Shown one piece after another: positions 47,227 to 57,511 of a stretch of 64,000 bases of DNA (position 1 is its first letter; every line of letters begins with the position of its first letter). This DNA is from an uncultured Janibacter sp. (GTDB taxonomy: Bacteria > Actinomycetota > Actinomycetes > Actinomycetales > Dermatophilaceae). The stretch lies in contig CAYLUX010000001.1 of the NCBI GenBank assembly GCA_964386935.1, forward strand, positions 23,386-87,385, in the 5' to 3' direction. The notes beneath the pieces are model-generated. The model did no database searches and had not been told where the DNA came from. It was given only the letters and a program-made list of their open reading frames with translations. The translations under genes and the position numbers were made by a program.

Positions 47227-48012
47227 CTACCGTCCCGACCCCGAGGGCGCCATGCGTCGCTCCCGCTGCTCCCGCAACCGGACGAGCAGGTCGGGCACCT
47301 CGGTGGCGTCGGCGAGGCGCGTCGTCGCGGCCGTCTCGCCGTCCCCGACCTTGATGCCGAGGTCCTGCGGGCCGAGCACCTCGAAGACGTGCTCGTCGGT
47401 CACGTCGTCACCGAGGTAGACGATCGCGTCGGCGCCGAGCTCCCCGGCCAGCCCCTGCAGCGCAGTGCCCTTGTCGGCCCGCACGACGCTCAGCTCGTGC
47501 ACCGACTTGCCGGTCAGCAGCCCGACGCCGTCCGCTGCGGCGGCCTCCTCGGCGATCTCGGCGGCGACCTCGAGGCTGTCCGGCGTCAGGCCGCGGGTGT
47601 GCAGGACGACGGCGGTCGGCTTCTCCTCCACGCGGATGCGCGGGTCACGCTCCGCCACGGCCGAGTGGACGGTCTCCCGCAGCCGCTGCAGCCGTTCGGC
47701 CACCTCCGGGCCGGGCCCCGCCCCGAGCTCCCGGCTGGTCTCGGCGCCGTGGCTGCCGATCCGCACGACCGCGGACCCGGCGAGCCCGGTCAGGGCCTCC
47801 AGCGTGGCCAGGTCGCGACCGGAGACGACCGCGGACCAGGTCCGGGGGAGGGCGGCCAGGGCGCGCAGCGCCTCGGTGGTGCCCTCCTGGGGGCGGGCGT
47901 CCATCGGGTCCAGGACGAAGGGGGCCAGCACCCCGTCGAAGTCGCTCGCCACGAGCAGCCGCCCGGCGCCGGCGACCCGCTCGAGGGATCCGGCGGGGCT
48001 CTCCCCGGTCAC
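47227..48012 (-). CDS. otsB: trehalose-6-phosphate phosphatase
   Basis: GTG 48012 overlaps the otsA stop (GTGA). HAD motifs 'LLVASDFDGVL', 'ADKGTAL', 'YLGDDVTDE'. The track ORF is extended to 49248 by antisense junk. Confidence 0.85.
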   Translation of the reverse strand: MTGESPAGSLERVAGAGRLLVASDFDGVLAPFVLDPMDARPQEGTTEALRALAALPRTWSAVVSGRDLATLEALTGLAGSAVVRIGSHGAETSRELGAGPGPEVAERLQRLRETVHSAVAERDPRIRVEEKPTAVVLHTRGLTPDSLEVAAEIAEEAAAADGVGLLTGKSVHELSVVRADKGTALQGLAGELGADAIVYLGDDVTDEHVFEVLGPQDLGIKVGDGETAATTRLADATEVPDLLVRLREQRERRMAPSGSGR

Positions 48013-49457
48013 GGCCGGGCCCCCTTCGTCCCGGTGCGGTCCGGCCGCTCGGGGGCCAGCTCCAGGTTCGTGAGGAACCGGTCGGCCCAGGTCTGCACGT
48101 CGTTCTCGCCGACCTGGCGCCGGAGGGCCCGCATCTGGCGCCGCTTCTGCCGGGGCTCGGTCTCGATCGCGCGCATCATCGTCAGCTTCAGCCCCTCGAT
48201 GTCGTGCGGGTTGCACACGAAGGCCTGCTTCATGTGGTGCCAGGCGCCGGTGAACTCGCTGAGCACGAGCGCCCCGCCCTCGTCGTGGCGGCAGGTGACG
48301 TACTCCTTGGCGACGAGGTTCATCCCGTCCCGCAGCGGGGTGACGAGCATGATGTCGGCCATGAGGAAGAGGGCTGCCATCTCCTCGCGCGGGTAGCTGC
48401 GGTGCAGGTAGTGCAGCGCCGGCCGGCCGATCGCGGAGTAGGTGCCGTTGATCCGCCCGACGGTCGTCTCCACCTCGCTGCGCAGCTGCCGGTAGGCCGC
48501 GACCCGCTCCCGGCTGGGCGTCGCGACCTGCACGAAGGTCACCTCCGGCGAGCGGAGCGTGCCGTCGGCGAGGAGCTCCTCGTAGGCCTTGAGGCGGTGG
48601 CGGATGCCCTTGGTGTAGTCGAGGCGGTCGACGCCGAGCATGACGACGTCGGGGTCGCCCAGCGAGGCACGGATCTGCTGCGCCCGCTGCTCGACGGCCG
48701 GGGTGCGGGCCAGCTCGTCCAGCCCCTGGTAGTCCACGCTGATCGGCACGGCGGAGGCCCGCACCACCCGCTCCGAGCCGTCCGGGTCGGTGGTGGTGAC
48801 GGTCTCTCCCTTCGTGGTGCGGCCGTCGAGCTGCCGGGCCGCACGCAGGAAGTTCTGGGCGTCCGCCTGCCGCTGGAAGCCGAGGTAGTCGGCGCCGAGG
48901 AGGCCCTCGATGATGCGCGAGCGCCACGGCAGCTGGGCGAAGAGCTCGACCGGCGGGAAGGGGATGTGGTTGAACCAGCCGATCCGCACGTCGGAGCGCC
49001 GTTCGCGCACCAGGGCGGGCACGAGCTGGAGCTGGTAGTCGTGGATCCACACCTTCGCGCCCGGTGCGGCGACCTCGCACACGGCGTCGGCGAAGCGCTC
49101 GTTGACCGCCCGGTAGTCCGCCCACCACTCCCGGTGGAAGTGGGCCGGCACGATGACGTCGTGGTAGATCGGCCACAGCGTCTCGTTGCTGAAGCCCTCG
49201 TAGTAGGAGGTGACCTCCTCCCGCGAGACCGGCACCGGGTGCAGCCACATGCCCGCCTCGGCGAAGGGGGCCGGAGCCTCACCCGCCTCTCCGGCCCAGC
49301 CGACCCAGGCTCCGTCGCGATGGCTCATCACCGAGTCCATCGCGGTCACGAGGCCCCCGGGCGAGCGGTGCCACTCGCTCGTGCCGTCGGGACCGACGAC
49401 ACGGTCCACGGGCAGGCGGTTGGCGGCGATGACGAGGTCGAAGGTGCGAGTACCCAC
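48009..49457 (-). CDS. otsA: alpha,alpha-trehalose-phosphate synthase
   Basis: GTG start. Contains 'LVIAANRLP', 'WIHDYQLQLVP', 'GWFNHIPFP', 'RDGMNLVAKEY'. Confidence 0.95.
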   Translation of the reverse strand: MGTRTFDLVIAANRLPVDRVVGPDGTSEWHRSPGGLVTAMDSVMSHRDGAWVGWAGEAGEAPAPFAEAGMWLHPVPVSREEVTSYYEGFSNETLWPIYHDVIVPAHFHREWWADYRAVNERFADAVCEVAAPGAKVWIHDYQLQLVPALVRERRSDVRIGWFNHIPFPPVELFAQLPWRSRIIEGLLGADYLGFQRQADAQNFLRAARQLDGRTTKGETVTTTDPDGSERVVRASAVPISVDYQGLDELARTPAVEQRAQQIRASLGDPDVVMLGVDRLDYTKGIRHRLKAYEELLADGTLRSPEVTFVQVATPSRERVAAYRQLRSEVETTVGRINGTYSAIGRPALHYLHRSYPREEMAALFLMADIMLVTPLRDGMNLVAKEYVTCRHDEGGALVLSEFTGAWHHMKQAFVCNPHDIEGLKLTMMRAIETEPRQKRRQMRALRRQVGENDVQTWADRFLTNLELAPERPDRTGTKGARP

Positions 49458-49543
49458 GGCGATGCTCCTCCCGGTCGGTGATGACCAGCCTATGTACAGC
49501 GCAAGGGCTACCGCTGGGATCGACGGCCCGGTAGCGTCGGTAC

Positions 49544-49972
49544 ATGAAGATCTCGGACGTGCTGCGAAACAAGGGCAGCGATGTGTTCACGGTGTCGCCC
49601 GACTCGACCGTCACCGAGCTGCTCGCCACTCTGGACGAGCACCGCATCGGCGCCGTCGTCGTCACCTCCGGGGACGGTGTCGTCGTCGGCATCGTCTCGG
49701 AGCGGGACGTCGCGCGTCGGCTGCACCGGGACGGCGTGTCCGTCCTCGAGGGTCCGGTGAGCGCGATCATGACCCGCCAGGTGCAGACCTGCGAGGAGGA
49801 GGACCAGGTCGCCGACCTCGCCGCCCGGATGACGGAGCGACGAATCCGCCACATGCCGGTGCTGCGCGACGGCAAGTTGCACGCCGTGGTGAGCATCGGT
49901 GACATCGTCAAGCACCGGATCGACACGCTGGCGGCCGAGCGGGACCACCTCGAGGCCTACATCCAGCAGTGA
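49544..49972 (+). CDS. CBS-pair domain protein
   Basis: 142 aa with two CBS repeats ('IGAVVVTSGDGVVVGIVSERD' and 'IRHMPVLRDGKLHAVVSIGD'). Confidence 0.85.
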   Translation: MKISDVLRNKGSDVFTVSPDSTVTELLATLDEHRIGAVVVTSGDGVVVGIVSERDVARRLHRDGVSVLEGPVSAIMTRQVQTCEEEDQVADLAARMTERRIRHMPVLRDGKLHAVVSIGDIVKHRIDTLAAERDHLEAYIQQ

Positions 49973-50036
49973 TCCATCAGCAGGCACTCAGGTAGCGCTC
50001 CGACAACTCACACCCGTGTCGCCCTAGTCTGGACCC

Positions 50037-51715
<1,679 letters not shown>

Positions 51716-51719
<4 letters not shown>

Positions 51720-53386
51720 CGACACCGCCGCCTCCTGAGCCACGCAAGCCTCGGCGACCGGGGCCGCAGGACCGTCCGAAGCAGCGGCCACCGAGGAAGC
51801 AGGAGCCGGGTGCCCAGGCCATCCCGGTGCAGCAGCAGCGTCCCTACCGCCGGCCGCGGCCACGGCCCTTCACGACCTCGGAGCCGACGCCGCCGCAGGG
51901 GCCGCAGCCGAAGCCGCGTCGCCGGCCGTCGCTGCGCGGGGAGCACCCGACCGAGACCATCCCCCTGCGGGGCTCGCTGCGCGGCACGCCCTACCGAGAC
52001 CCGCGTGTCACGCGTGCGGTCGCGGAGGAGAAGGCCGCCGCGAGCGCGATGGACCTCGCACTGCGTGTCGCCGAGATCATGCTGCGCTGTGGCTCCAGCG
52101 CGAGCGCCGTCGAGGCGGCCACGACCGCCGTGGGCGTCGCGGCGGGTCTGGAGGACATGGACGTCGACCTGACGATGCAGTCGATGCACATGCAGTGCCG
52201 CACCCCCTCGGGGCAGACGATCTCGCGGCTGCGTGTCGTGCGCCAGCCCCGACGGGACTTCGGCCGTCTGGCCCAGGTGCACGCCCTCGTGGACGACCTG
52301 GTCTCGGGGGACGTGGACATCGAGCAGGCCGAGCAGCGGCTCAAGGAGATCAACTCCTCGCCGCGTACGTGGTCCCGCTGGGTGGTCACCTGCGCCGAGG
52401 GCGGTGTCGCAGCCGGCGTGGCACTCATGCTCGGGGCCAGCATCGGCGGCATCGTGCTCGCCTTCCTCGCGGTCACGGCGGTGACCGGCGCGACCAGGCT
52501 CGTCAGCCGGCTGCACCTGCCGGACTTCTACCTCAGTGCCCTCGGTGGCGCGGCGGCGACGATCGTCTCCTTCTTGGGGTACGTCGGTGGTCGGAGCGAG
52601 TTCGTCCCCGTGACGGCGAGCGACTTCGTCTTCGCCATGGCCGGTGGCATCGTCTTCCTGCTGCCCTCGCTCACCCTGACCTCGGCGATGGAGGACGTCC
52701 TCTCCGGCTTCCCTGTGACAGGGACGGCCCGGCTCTTCGAGGTCATGATGCACACCTTCGGTCTCATCATCGGTGTGGCCGGTGGGCTGGGCGTGTGTCT
52801 CCAGACCGCGACGTTCTTCGAGATCGGCCTGCGCCCGCCTCCGCTGGACCAGCTCGAGTGGGCCTCTGCCTCCTTCCCGCTGGTGCTCATCGGATCCGGG
52901 TTCATCGGGCTGACCGGTGCCATGACGATGCTCGGGCACGAGCGGCTCCTGCTGTGGTCCGGAGGGCTCTCGGCGCTGGGTGTCGCGGTGGCCACGATCC
53001 TCAGCAGCGCGGACGTCGGGCGGGTGAGCTCCACCGGCCTCGCGGCGGTCGTCATCGGCTTCTTCGCGCGGCTCATCGCGCTGCGCAAGGATGCGCCGCC
53101 GCTGACCATCCAGGTGCCGGCGACCTTCGGTCTGCTGCCCGGTCTGGCGATCTTCCTCGGGCTGTACCACATGGTCGGTCCGGCAGAGGTCACGCAGGGT
53201 TCGGTGGTCCAGCAGGGCATCGTCGAGGTGGTCACTGCGCTGGGCATCATCATGGCCATCGCCACCGGCGCGACCCTCGGTGACCGACTCGCCGCACCCT
53301 TCGATTCGCCTGTGGCACAACGGCGTCGGGCCTCCGTCGCGTCCGAGGCCGAGCGCCGTGGGGACGACGAGTGGGCGGACGACTGA
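51716..53386 (+). CDS. ThrE-family (DUF1212 + DUF3815) putative threonine/serine exporter
   Basis: ATGA overlap with the kinase gene. A P/R-rich N-tail of ~110 aa is followed by 'AMDLALRVAEIMLRCGSSASAVE' and about ten hydrophobic helices. Confidence 0.8.
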
Positions 53387-53596
53387 AGTAAGGAAATGGT
53401 GAGTCCCGAGTCACAGGCGGGTCGGTTTGACCTCCAAGGTCACGGGAATGTAACGTTCTGAAACGTCCGCGAACGAAGCCAGTCTGTTCTGGCAGTTCAC
53501 ACATCAGAACCACGCTCATCCTGAGCGTCCGCCAGACCGTCTGGCAGCTTCAACCACGAAGCCCCTGAAACTCCGTGGAAGGAAACCCCAATCCCC

Positions 53597-54490
53597 ATGT
53601 TCTACTCGCCCAAGCACGCCCAGATCCTCAAGGGTTCGCCCGCTCGCCGCCGCATCGCCGGTGTCGCCGTGGCCGGCGCGACCGCAGCTGTTGGCTCCGT
53701 CGCCGCCGCGCAGAGCGCCTCGGCCAGCAGCGTCTGGGACGCCGTCGCCCAGTGTGAGAGCGGCGGCAACTGGTCCACCAGCACCGGCAACGGTTTCTAC
53801 GGTGGTCTGCAGTTCACCCACCAGACCTGGCAGGCCTTCGGTGGCGGCGCTTACGGCTACAACGCCGACGACGCCACCCGCGAGCAGCAGATCACCATCG
53901 CCCAGAAGGTCCTGCAGGCGCAGGGCCCGGGCGCCTGGCCCGTCTGCTCCCAGGAGGCCGGCCTGACCTCCAGCAACGGTGGCGGCAGCTACGACACCAG
54001 CTCCAGTGACTCCAGCGACTCCTACGAGTCGGACGACTCCTCCGAGTCCACCGACTCGACCGAGTCCAGCGACTCCACCGAGTCCTACGAGTCGGACGAC
54101 TCCACCGAGTCGACCGAGTCCGAGTCCACTGAGTCGACCGAGTCCACCGACTCCAACCCGACCGAGCGCTCCACCGACGAGTCCTCCTCGCGGAGCACCG
54201 AGCGCACCGCTCCCGCCCCGAGCAGCAGCGACATCGCCGTTGACGGCATCGTCGGCCCGAACACCGCCGCTGCCATCGAGCAGTGGGTCGGCGGCTCGGT
54301 CGACGGTGACGACTGGCTGAGCAACTCCGACATCCAGAAGCTGCAGGCCAAGCTCGGCGTCTCCCAGGACGGCGTCGTCGGCCCGGAGACCACCACCGCT
54401 CTGCAGGAGCTCGTCGGCGCGAACACCGACGGCATCTGGGGTCCGCAGACCACCAGCGCGCTGCAGCAGCACCTCAACGAGGTTCTCTGA
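53597..54490 (+). CDS. rpf: resuscitation-promoting factor: Rpf domain + acidic S/D/E/T linker + three PG-binding-type repeats
   Basis: Signal peptide, then '[37 protein letters not shown]' and 'GPGAWPVCS'. C-terminal repeats are '[16 protein letters not shown]', '[14 protein letters not shown]', '[13 protein letters not shown]'. Confidence 0.9.
   Translation: MFYSPKHAQILKGSPARRRIAGVAVAGATAAVGSVAAAQSASASSVWDAVAQCESGGNWSTSTGNGFYGGLQFTHQTWQAFGGGAYGYNADDATREQQITIAQKVLQAQGPGAWPVCSQEAGLTSSNGGGSYDTSSSDSSDSYESDDSSESTDSTESSDSTESYESDDSTESTESESTESTESTDSNPTERSTDESSSRSTERTAPAPSSSDIAVDGIVGPNTAAAIEQWVGGSVDGDDWLSNSDIQKLQAKLGVSQDGVVGPETTTALQELVGANTDGIWGPQTTSALQQHLNEVL
54000..54170 (+). repeat. in-frame tandem repeat encoding the acidic S/D/E/T linker of Rpf
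   Basis: The 21-nt string TCCTACGAGTCGGACGACTCC occurs at 54020 and 54083 (63-nt period). It is embedded in 9-nt (TCS ACC GAG)-type units. Confidence 0.8.
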
Positions 54491-54514
54491 GCAGTACCGC
54501 TCAACTGAGCTGAC

Positions 54515-54555
54515 GAAGGGCCCCGCACCACTGGTGCGGGGCCCTTCTTTTGTGT
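54515..54555 (+). terminator. rho-independent terminator after the first rpf gene
   Basis: 16-nt arms GAAGGGCCCCGCACCA / TGGTGCGGGGCCCTTC, followed by TTTTGTGT. Confidence 0.85.
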
Positions 54556-54694
54556 CCGAATGATGTGACTGGGGAGTAAGTTACAGGGATGTATTTACGG
54601 GGCAAATGTTGTTTGTGTGACTCATGTGCCTCTAGCGTCCTTCTCGGACCAGCACGGGGCCCCTGCCCGTGCCGACCGAAAGGGTATTGAGTAC

Positions 54695-55444
54695 ATGCTG
54701 AACACCACCGACTTCCCCGATCAGCCCGCCTCCCGGCGCGGCACCCGCCTGCGCCTCGCCGGTGGGGCCCTGACCGTCACCGCCCTCGCGGCCGGTGGTG
54801 TGGCCGTGGCCACCGGGGCCGGTGCCTCCGACACGGTCTGGGACCGCGTCGCGATGTGCGAGTCCTCCGGGGACTGGGACATCAACACCGACAACCCGTT
54901 CTACGGCGGCCTGCAGTTCACCTACGACACCTGGAAGGGCTTCGGTGGCCAGCAGTACGCCACCACCGCCGACCAGGCGACGAAGGCCCAGCAGATCGCC
55001 GTCGCCCAGGAGGTCCTGAAGGTCCAGGGCCCGGGTGCCTGGCCCGTCTGCTCCCAGAAGGCCGGCCTGACCGTCTCCAACGGCCTCGCGGTCGACCCGT
55101 ACTCGGGCACCGAGCAGGTCTCCCGCTCGGAGACCCGCGAGAGCACGAGCAGCTCCAGCTCGAGCTCCAGCACGGCCTCCGCCGGTGAGCTCGTCGTGGA
55201 CGGCATCCGCGGCCCGAAGACCAACGCGGGCATCGAGACCTGGGTCAACCGTCCGACGGACGGCTACCTCGACCAGGGGGACCGCAAGGCCCTCCAGGGC
55301 AAGGTGGGCACCTCCCAGGACGGCATCATCGGTCCGATCACGACCTCGGCCGTCCAGCGCCGTGTCGGCGCCGGCGTGGACGGCATCTGGGGCAGCCAGA
55401 CGACCTCCTCGCTTCAGCGCTACCTCAACGAGCACGTCTTCTGA
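54695..55444 (+). CDS. rpf: resuscitation-promoting factor paralogue (Rpf domain + poly-Ser linker + PG-binding-type repeats)
   Basis: ATG 54695. Contains '[37 protein letters not shown]' and 'GPGAWPVCS'. C-terminal repeats are 'VDGIRGPKTNAGIETW', 'DGIIGPITTSAVQ', 'DGIWGSQTTSSLQ'. Confidence 0.9.
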   Translation: MLNTTDFPDQPASRRGTRLRLAGGALTVTALAAGGVAVATGAGASDTVWDRVAMCESSGDWDINTDNPFYGGLQFTYDTWKGFGGQQYATTADQATKAQQIAVAQEVLKVQGPGAWPVCSQKAGLTVSNGLAVDPYSGTEQVSRSETRESTSSSSSSSSTASAGELVVDGIRGPKTNAGIETWVNRPTDGYLDQGDRKALQGKVGTSQDGIIGPITTSAVQRRVGAGVDGIWGSQTTSSLQRYLNEHVF

Positions 55445-55467
55445 GGACGGACCGACGCTCGGTGATG

Positions 55468-55507
55468 ACCGGGGCCGCGGCTAGGATGCCGCGGTCCCGG
55501 TTTTTTT
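55468..55507 (+). terminator. rho-independent terminator after the second rpf gene
   Basis: 13-bp stem (ACCGGGGCCGCGG / CCGCGGTCCCGGT, one G-U pair), 8-nt loop, then T7. It lies 14 nt upstream of the tRNA-Thr. Confidence 0.85.
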
Positions 55508-55520
55508 CTTCCCCGGGCAC

Positions 55521-55593
55521 GCTGGCGTGGCGCAATCGGTAGCGCACCTGTCTTGTAAACAGGTGGTTGGGGGTTCGAGTCCCCCCGCCAGCT
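55521..55593 (+). tRNA. tRNA-Thr (anticodon UGU)
   Basis: Hand-folded cloverleaf: acceptor GCTGGCG/CGCCAGC, D-arm GCGC-AATCGGTA-GCGC, anticodon arm CCTGT-CTTGTAA-ACAGG (U33, TGT, A37), 5-nt variable loop, T-arm GGGGG-TTCGAGT-CCCCC, discriminator T. CCA is not encoded. Confidence 0.9.
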
Positions 55594-55700
55594 CTCCCGC
55601 TCCGGTGCCCACCCCCGCCGGGTGCCGGCAGGCTCCCTTCGCCGGCTGCATACGATGGGGCGGGGCCGGCTGGCCCCATCCCCCCGGAGAGGCCAGGAGC

Positions 55701-56654
55701 ATGCGCACGTCCACCCGTGAGTGGTTGGCCGCGCACAGCCGTGCCCACGAGGAGTTCACCGCCGCCGGGGTGGCCGAGCGTCTCCGGGAGACGGGAGAGC
55801 GCGTCAGCGTCGTCATCCCCGCCCGCAACGAGGCCAGGACCGTTGGGGGCGTCGTCTCGCTGCTGCGCAGCGAGCTGATGGAAGAAGTCCCCCTCGTGGA
55901 CGAGCTCGTCGTCATCGACTCCGACTCCACCGACGAGACCGCCGCGGTGGCCCGCGAGGCCGGCGCCGTGGTCCACCGCAGCGCCGAGATCGCGCCGCAC
56001 CTCGGGAGCAACCCCGGCAAGGGCGAGGCGCTGTGGAAGTCCCTCTTCGTCACCACCGGTGAGCTGCTCGTCTTCGTCGACGCGGACCTGACCGAGTGGG
56101 GGCCCCACTTCGTCACCGGGCTCGTCGGCACCCTCACCGCCGACCCGGCCACCCGGCTCGTCAAGGGGTGGTACGACCGGGTCCTCGACCTCGACGGGCA
56201 CCGCAGCACCGAGGGCGGTCGGGTCACCGAGCTCGTCGCCCGGCCGGTGCTCGACCTGTGGTGGCCCGAGCTCGCCGGCGTCGTCCAGCCCCTGGCCGGG
56301 GAATGGGCCGCCCGCCGTTCCCTCATGGAGTCCCTCACCGTGCCGACTGGGTACGGCGTGGAGATCGCCTCGCTCATCGACACCTTCACCACGCACGGGC
56401 TGGACGCCATCGCCCAGGTCGACCTCGGCGCCCGGGCCCACCACCACCAGCAGGACCACGACCTGGCCGTCATGGCGGCCGAGCTCCTCGCCGTCGTGCA
56501 CGCCCGCCACGAGGGCGACGCCACGAACGTGACGGCACCGGCGCAGGAGCTGCACCAGTTCACGCGCGAAGGGGGCTGGCGGGCCCGACCGGTCCCGCTG
56601 GCCCAGCGTCCGCCGGCCGTGGGCGAGGCGGGATACCCGGGAGGAGCGTCATGA
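55701..56654 (+). CDS. gpgS: glucosyl-3-phosphoglycerate synthase (GT81)
   Basis: ATG 55701 (the track ORF from 55527 runs through the tRNA). Contains 'VSVVIPARNEARTVG', 'VVIDSDSTDET', 'GKGEALWKS', 'FVDADL'. Confidence 0.85.
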   Translation: MRTSTREWLAAHSRAHEEFTAAGVAERLRETGERVSVVIPARNEARTVGGVVSLLRSELMEEVPLVDELVVIDSDSTDETAAVAREAGAVVHRSAEIAPHLGSNPGKGEALWKSLFVTTGELLVFVDADLTEWGPHFVTGLVGTLTADPATRLVKGWYDRVLDLDGHRSTEGGRVTELVARPVLDLWWPELAGVVQPLAGEWAARRSLMESLTVPTGYGVEIASLIDTFTTHGLDAIAQVDLGARAHHHQQDHDLAVMAAELLAVVHARHEGDATNVTAPAQELHQFTREGGWRARPVPLAQRPPAVGEAGYPGGAS

Positions 56655-57511
56655 GACTCGGTCGGCACCACTTCGAGGACACCGCGATGCTCGTCATGGC
56701 GATCGTGAACCGCACCCCGGACTCCTTCTACGACAAGGGCGCCACCTTCGCCGAGGACAAGGCGATGGAGCGGGTCGACCTCGTCGCCGAGCAGGGAGCC
56801 GACATCGTCGACATCGGCGGGGTCAAGGCCGCGCCCGGCGGTGACGTGGACGTCGCGGAGGAGATCGAGCGGGTCGTCGGCCTCGTCGCGCGGGTGCGCG
56901 AGCAGCACCCGGAGCTGGTCATCTCGGTGGACACGTGGCGCTCCGAGGTCGCCGAGGCGGTCTGCCGCGCCGGCGCCGACGTGCTCAACGACGCATGGGG
57001 CGGCGCGGACCCGGGACTCGTCGACGTCGCCGCGCGCCACGACGCCGGGATCATCTGCACCCACACCGGCGGGGTGACGCCGCGGACGCGGCCGTTCCGC
57101 ACGGGGTACGAGCGGGGCGTCGTGGCCGAGGTCGTCGACGGGGCGGTCGCCTATGCCGAGCGGGCACTCGCGGCGGGGGTCGCGAAGGAGTCCATTGTCA
57201 TCGACCCAGCACACGACTTCGGCAAGAACACCCACCACACCCTCGAGGTCACCCGGCGGCTGGACGAGATGGTCGCGACCGAGTGGCCAGTGCTGGTCTC
57301 GTTGTCCAACAAGGACTTCGTCGGCGAGACCCTCGACCGGCCGGTGGACCAGCGACTCGTCGGCACCCTGGCGACCACGGCCGTCTCCGCCTGGCTCGGC
57401 GCCCGGATCTACCGGGTCCACGAAGCCGCCGAGACCCGCCAGGTCCTCGACATGGTCGCCACGCTGCGCGGGGAACGCCCGCCCGCACGAACGATCCGGG
57501 GCCTGGCATGA
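56651..57511 (+). CDS. folP: dihydropteroate synthase family protein (FolP2-like)
   Basis: ATGA overlap with gpgS. Contains 'VMAIVNRTPDSFYDKG', 'ADIVDIGG', 'ISVDT', 'NDAWGG', 'DPAHDFGK'. Confidence 0.85.
   Translation: MRLGRHHFEDTAMLVMAIVNRTPDSFYDKGATFAEDKAMERVDLVAEQGADIVDIGGVKAAPGGDVDVAEEIERVVGLVARVREQHPELVISVDTWRSEVAEAVCRAGADVLNDAWGGADPGLVDVAARHDAGIICTHTGGVTPRTRPFRTGYERGVVAEVVDGAVAYAERALAAGVAKESIVIDPAHDFGKNTHHTLEVTRRLDEMVATEWPVLVSLSNKDFVGETLDRPVDQRLVGTLATTAVSAWLGARIYRVHEAAETRQVLDMVATLRGERPPARTIRGLA

Noticed and set aside
53990-54190. A short-period repeat region that might be mistaken for a CRISPR array or a non-coding satellite.
   Set aside because: The repeats are in frame within the rpf ORF and encode the S/D/E/T linker. 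There are no spacer-like unique segments and no cas genes. It is reported as a coding tandem repeat instead.
55521-55593. tRNA-Thr as an integration hotspot with an adjacent island.
   Set aside because: The flanking genes (rpf upstream, gpgS-folP2 downstream) are conserved housekeeping genes. There is no integrase, and I noticed no repeat of the tRNA 3' end downstream.
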